Assembly (NCBI GenBank): GCA_947627015.1
Contig: CANQUL010000003.1
Span: forward strand, 2,895 to 66,894
Source: an uncultured Clostridia bacterium
GTDB taxonomy: Bacteria > Bacillota > Clostridia > Christensenellales > Borkfalkiaceae
Direction of reading: 5' to 3'
DNA length: 64,000 nt
Both the position numbers and the translations under genes were made by a program. Below the pieces are notes generated by a model. That model was not told the origin of the DNA. It did no database searches and saw only the letters and a program-made list of their open reading frames with translations. Positions within the stretch are counted from its first letter, which is position 1; the number at the start of each line of letters is the position of its first letter. Positions 60,801-64,000 of the stretch are shown here, piece by piece.

Positions 60801-63800
60801 TCGAGACGGACGAGGGCGGCGACCGGATCGTCATCTTCGAACTCGCGCTTGCGGGCACCTACACGAGCACGGCGCGCGAACTGCTCGAGATCGGCACCTT
60901 CGGCGACGGCGCCTACATCGACGGCTACGGCATCCGCCGTGCGGGCAGCGTGGCCATCCTCGGAGAGAACATCGCCCGCTTCCGCTATGACGGCGGGGAG
61001 TTCTTCTTCGCCCTCACGGGCAAGACCTTTACGATCGAGACGGAGGGCTATCTCGCCTCCGCGACGACGCTCTACAAGTACCTCGGCGGTCTCGGGAAAG
61101 GCCTCACCGTCCCGGCGGGCATCACCTACATTGCGGCCGAAGCCTTTACGACCCCCGACCGCGGAAGCCTGTATAACGGCAGCGACATCGAGAGCATCGA
61201 CCTCGGCGGCGTCACCCGCATCGGCATGCACGCCTTCCACGGCTGCACCGCGCTCACGCGCGTCACGGGCAACAAGGTCGAGGAAGTGGGCGCCTATGCC
61301 TTCTACGGCTGTATCGAGCTCACGACCCTCGAAATGCAGGAAGCGAGGTTCATCGGCGACTTCGCCTTCTGGCGGTGCGAAGAGCTCGACGCCGTGGGTT
61401 TTGACAAGGCGACGTACATCGGCGCGGGCGCATTCGGCCTCTGCTACGACCTCGCTTCCGTCGATCTTCCCGCAGCCGTCACCGTCTGCAACGGCGCATT
61501 CCTCGACACCTTCTCCCTCGCAAGCATCACCTTCGGCGCGGGGCTCGAGACGCTCGGAAGCGCAACCGACACGACGGGCATCTTTGAACGCACCCCGGGC
61601 GAAGCGGACGAGGTTCCGCTCGTTGTGACCTTCGAGGGCGATACCATGCCCGTGTTCGGGGCTTCGATTTTCCAAGGCGTGTTGGAGTACACCCTCTGCG
61701 TGAAGGGCCTCGACGTCCTGCTCTCCTTCTATACGGACGAGGTGCTCTCGCCCTATGCGGACCGCGCGGGCATCGCTTCCCTCGCCGACGGCAGCTATTC
61801 GCGCGTCTCGAACAGCTCTTTCGTCGCGCTCGAACTCAAGATCGTCGCCCGCTATGAGGACCGCTTCGGCAATGTCCGCACGCTCGGCGCCTACACGGTC
61901 GATGCCGACAGCGGGGACATCACCTTCTACACCTATGCGCCCGAGACGGCGGAGGGCTATCGCTCCGCAGTGCTTGCACGGCGCACGGCCGATGGGCTTC
62001 TCTTCGACATCGACGATTACGGTCTGCAATTCGTCTCCGACTGGACGGCGTTCTACGGACCCGACCGCGAATACGAGATCAAGACATGGGGTGAGGAAAC
62101 CGAGCAGATCGCCTTCCGCTATACGGGCGGCACGCAGTTCGATGTCCCCGCCGTGTACACCGACAGAGACGGCGGGGCGCACGACGTCCGTCTCGTCGCA
62201 TACCGCGACGTCAACGACGGGTTGATGACCTACTTCGACCTCGACGGCTATCGGTATGTGTTCGATACCGTTTACGGCAACGGCCTTCCCACCGCATTCG
62301 AATACCGCACGCCCGCGTTCGTGCCCGTCGTCACGCGGTACGGGGCGGCGGACGGTAGCTATCTCGCCCTCTCGCAGGAGGACGCGGCCGCAACGCGCTA
62401 CACCCTCTCCGCCCTGCTCTCCGGCGTCACGGGACACACCGAGTTCCGCATCGAGCGTGCCGAGGCCGAAAAGACGGCCGAAAACACCTTTACGGCGGAG
62501 GCGGAAGTCGGCGGCATCCGCTACACCTTCACCTTCGTGCTCGACGGCGACGGCTTCACCTACACCTACCGCGGCGAAGGCGTGACCGAGCTCACCTCGG
62601 CGGACGGGACTTACAAGCTCATCGTGACGCAGGACGAGACGGGTCTCGTCACCGATCTGCTCCTGAGCGAGTACTACGACCCCGGCTACGGCGACGGTTC
62701 GGCCGATTGGCGAGCTCTCGGAGATGCCTTTTTCCGTCTGCGCGGCGGCGTGTATTTCTACTATGTCTATGGCAGTCTTGCCGCCCGCTATGAGATCCGT
62801 CTGACGATGAGCGGGGATACCGTGTCCGCGTTCACTGTTTCCGAAAGCGGGAAAGTCGTGAACGGATTCTATCAGGGCGACTCCGTCTATGTCTACCTCG
62901 GGGAGGACGGTTCCTTCGACGAACTTGCACTCTGGCTGCGCGACAGCGAGGGCAGGAACCATTACGTCGCCTATGCCTCCGTTTCGCAGGAGAACGGCTG
63001 CACCGTCACGGTCGAAGGGACGTTCGCCAACGAGTACTTCGTCGGCTGGAACGATACCGGTGCGACGCTCGTCCGCCGCTTCTCGACCTATGTCGGGGAG
63101 GCCGATGCGGGCCGCGGCTATGCGGCCGGCACCCTCAAGGTCGAGCGTGACAGGTCGGGTGCGATCGTCTCCATGACGCTGACCGTCGGCGCCCTCTCCC
63201 TCACCGAATTCACCGAACTCGCATACGATCCGGCTACGGGAATAACGGGCCGCTACTTCTTCGAGAAGGACGGGACGGCCTACGACGTCGAACTCACGTC
63301 CTCGCGCGCCGACATCCACACCTTGCAGCAAGCCGCAGCGGTGTCGGGGAGCTACACGGCGGAAATCTGGTTCCGTACGCACGGCGACCGGGATGTCGCG
63401 TTCGTCAAGCTGTCCTCGGGCGGCGTCTCGTACGATACGGAATTCTTCGCCCTCGATGAGAACGGAAACTATGCCGTCGTCGCCACGGTCGGAACGGAGG
63501 AGAGCGTGTTCCTCCTCACCGTGACTTCCTCGGGCACCGCCACCCTGCGCAAGGCAGACCTCATGACGGTGGAGCAGAACGTCGACGGAGAGGACATCCG
63601 CATGCGCATCGTCAAGGACGGCAACACCGTGCTCGGCATCCTCTCCGTGGAGACACGGAGAGGGACGCAGCCTTACGCGCCGCGCACCATCGTGGAGCGG
63701 TACGGCAGCGGCGGATACTACAACGCCGTGGTCGAACCGGCCCCCGGGTATTCGAGCGAGACGTACAGCGCCGAGTTCTCCGCGGACGGCAGCACGGTCA

Positions 63801-63823
63801 CCGTCGGACACAGCGCATACTGA
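57899..63823 (+). CDS. 1974-aa cell-surface lipoprotein: two Listeria-Bacteroides (Flg_new-type) repeats, about 9-10 novel ~80-aa modules, one BspA-type LRR_5 block, long uncharacterised C-terminal half
   Basis: M7 of ORF 57881..63823 after GGAGAGGAGG. Lipobox LAAC (Cys26). LTFAGWYDAKGD and YRFAGWSFTGEE motifs. LRR_5-like IAAEAF...IGMHAFHGCTAL...VGAYAFYGCIEL...IGDFAFWRCEEL...IGAGAFGLCYDL around 61120-61560. Confidence 0.85.
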   Translation: MKFIKRGALIVLSVLLLAALCALAACTDPEDPKETGTLVLDAGEGGTLAESEFTVEVDTPLTGFLSGKTPTAADGLTFAGWYDAKGDAIADDATMPENTLTLFAKYTAEYTVTLSVEQGDGSFTDENATGTAFFGEPFTYQPERAHYEVDPDAENRLSTDKLGAHEHFTARLLFERYSVVYYVNSPDKDIEVSGSIPTEKVRYGETVTVADGSVLDAGPDYRFAGWSFTGEEPDAAYAPGTEISPEANVYLRAVWDKAYPDRYGGVDRLFVLRTAENKVILRRPGVGEFEGTLGENGIFTVPGMAYTGRINSNGTFTYVREAQAGTYLHLDAYTGELAEDGATIELDAYDGAVYRDGNETVTGSYDLDGDLYRFYFPDSAEGFEFYVREYESADGPISVYVRQGAETGSYLGFRLAGAAGIDSEYDDILVLDGFGNAGVYDVADLVLEDTATLVEAGTYRPVGDSEAELLLTDGTSAYRRLRVLLATYNDSPAWFAYHEEAAGEYTSEAGTLVLDGYGYSMTSASLTPAGGGRPTGGMYVVEESFFGTVVRLTSGTGDYSVTTTYLLEGRTFREVGGADYGEYLMLGEDGNAAAPLLVLDGRGGAELWNSGTLLARGKAETADGRFRYTQTELIDETAEVPTMFAFDLRTTQFTDGVHTVYTVYDATRVVTLTGEDGTLSYDNYGFAHYVTAGGETYEGRYFIVGENPHFTIGFSIMEFYTLTDGTYLYFRFDAAAHTFKRLSDDIGSYGEYFNDFELDTENAGTVFLSGDEFAAYLTQDGAATTGTYQKKNGVYVFTSDAFTFEFMLVDYEGEAYFLRRTGRWDGKLVLRDAGGSPVTLTLDGYCTATDSNGTEGNYLLLGPRGDDNLLRVYVSDGTGDAYFDIDIDKALYREVGYEVGEYYVYADGEYGSAILTLDGYGKAAIYDITSGDYVLSKEGTYRITDLEELSLEVTFAEEAPQEASLRYIETDEGGDRIVIFELALAGTYTSTARELLEIGTFGDGAYIDGYGIRRAGSVAILGENIARFRYDGGEFFFALTGKTFTIETEGYLASATTLYKYLGGLGKGLTVPAGITYIAAEAFTTPDRGSLYNGSDIESIDLGGVTRIGMHAFHGCTALTRVTGNKVEEVGAYAFYGCIELTTLEMQEARFIGDFAFWRCEELDAVGFDKATYIGAGAFGLCYDLASVDLPAAVTVCNGAFLDTFSLASITFGAGLETLGSATDTTGIFERTPGEADEVPLVVTFEGDTMPVFGASIFQGVLEYTLCVKGLDVLLSFYTDEVLSPYADRAGIASLADGSYSRVSNSSFVALELKIVARYEDRFGNVRTLGAYTVDADSGDITFYTYAPETAEGYRSAVLARRTADGLLFDIDDYGLQFVSDWTAFYGPDREYEIKTWGEETEQIAFRYTGGTQFDVPAVYTDRDGGAHDVRLVAYRDVNDGLMTYFDLDGYRYVFDTVYGNGLPTAFEYRTPAFVPVVTRYGAADGSYLALSQEDAAATRYTLSALLSGVTGHTEFRIERAEAEKTAENTFTAEAEVGGIRYTFTFVLDGDGFTYTYRGEGVTELTSADGTYKLIVTQDETGLVTDLLLSEYYDPGYGDGSADWRALGDAFFRLRGGVYFYYVYGSLAARYEIRLTMSGDTVSAFTVSESGKVVNGFYQGDSVYVYLGEDGSFDELALWLRDSEGRNHYVAYASVSQENGCTVTVEGTFANEYFVGWNDTGATLVRRFSTYVGEADAGRGYAAGTLKVERDRSGAIVSMTLTVGALSLTEFTELAYDPATGITGRYFFEKDGTAYDVELTSSRADIHTLQQAAAVSGSYTAEIWFRTHGDRDVAFVKLSSGGVSYDTEFFALDENGNYAVVATVGTEESVFLLTVTSSGTATLRKADLMTVEQNVDGEDIRMRIVKDGNTVLGILSVETRRGTQPYAPRTIVERYGSGGYYNAVVEPAPGYSSETYSAEFSADGSTVTVGHSAY
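58930..60950 (+). repeat. coding tandem array of degenerate ~80-aa modules marked by L-x-L-D-G-[YFR]-G...G-x-Y
   Basis: Motif instances start near 58931 (ELDAYDGAVY), 59183 (LVLDGFGNAGVY), 59431 (LVLDGYGYSM), 59687 (LVLDGRGGAELW), 59933 (LSYDNYGFAHY), 60195 (FLSGDEFAAYL), 60414 (LTLDGYCTATD), 60641 (LTLDGYGKAAIY) and 60914 (YIDGYGIRRAG). That is every ~230-275 nt. Confidence 0.5.
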
Positions 63824-63878
63824 AGCGCCGCCTTTTCTCCGCTTTCTCCGATTCTTGGGAAAAATTCCCGAAAAAACA

Positions 63879-63907
63879 TTGACGCGGGGCAAAAAGCGTG
63901 GTATAAT
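63879..63907 (+). promoter_or_regulatory. sigma-A promoter of gap
   Basis: TTGACG (63879-63884), 17 nt, TGG-TATAAT (63899-63907). Confidence 0.6.
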
Positions 63908-63959
63908 ATGGTTTGAAAATCGGGTGCGGAAGCACCGTCAATTTCGGAGGATATTCATT

Positions 63960-64000
63960 ATGGCAAACGTAAAAGTAGCGATCAACGGATTCGGCCGCAT
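63960..64000 (+). CDS. gap: glyceraldehyde-3-phosphate dehydrogenase, first 13 codons only (runs off the right edge)
   Basis: MANVKVAINGFGR(I) is the canonical GAPDH N-terminus (INGFGRIGR). GGAGG RBS at 63946-63950. Confidence 0.8.
   Translation, partial: MANVKVAINGFGR

Noticed and set aside
57863-63892. A 2009-aa ORF on the minus strand covering the whole giant lipoprotein gene.
   Set aside because: It is the exact codon-aligned antisense frame: both ORFs start at coordinates congruent to 2 mod 3. In that frame stops arise only from sense TTA, CTA or TCA codons, which this GC3-rich gene never uses. The translation is R/A/G/V/E/D-rich with no signal, RBS or domain. The plus-strand ORF has a strong RBS, a lipobox and recognisable repeats.

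Overview
High-GC (typical 60-nt lines ~70% G+C) spore-forming Firmicutes/Clostridia-type chromosome segment, almost fully coding, mostly on the + strand. It carries about 55 protein genes, one tRNA and one recognisable riboswitch; I saw no rRNA, CRISPR array, transposase or integrase. Left to right: germination and sporulation genes (spoIIR, sleB-ypeB); trmL and cardiolipin synthase; many ion-homeostasis genes (Mn riboswitch-mntP, CaCA antiporter, ArsB/NhaD-type permease, ClC channel, P-type Ca-ATPase, ZIP transporter, ktrBA); a heterodimeric ABC exporter; and an EF-G paralogue. A long purine operon follows (purE-C-F-M-N, purO-type IMP cyclohydrolase, AICARFT-only purH, purD, large purL) with fhs. 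Then come mutY, tmk, a rearranged rimM/trmD/rbgA/rnhB/yraN block, fba and the start of gap. Most interesting is a low-GC three-gene island abutting tRNA-Arg(CCG). It holds an EcoRI-family adenine methyltransferase translationally coupled to a compact DUF262(ParB-like)-HNH nuclease, plus a divergent C-protein-like HTH. This is an atypical restriction-modification-like system. Other items worth a second look: a 1869-aa DUF4011-type SF1 helicase with a nuclease-like domain; a 1974-aa lipoprotein built from ~80-aa modules; an AT-rich module of paired 24-bp palindromes present at two loci; and an unclassified attenuator leader on the pur operon. Starts were refined by arithmetic on the ORF track. 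All family calls rest on motif recognition by eye, not on searches.
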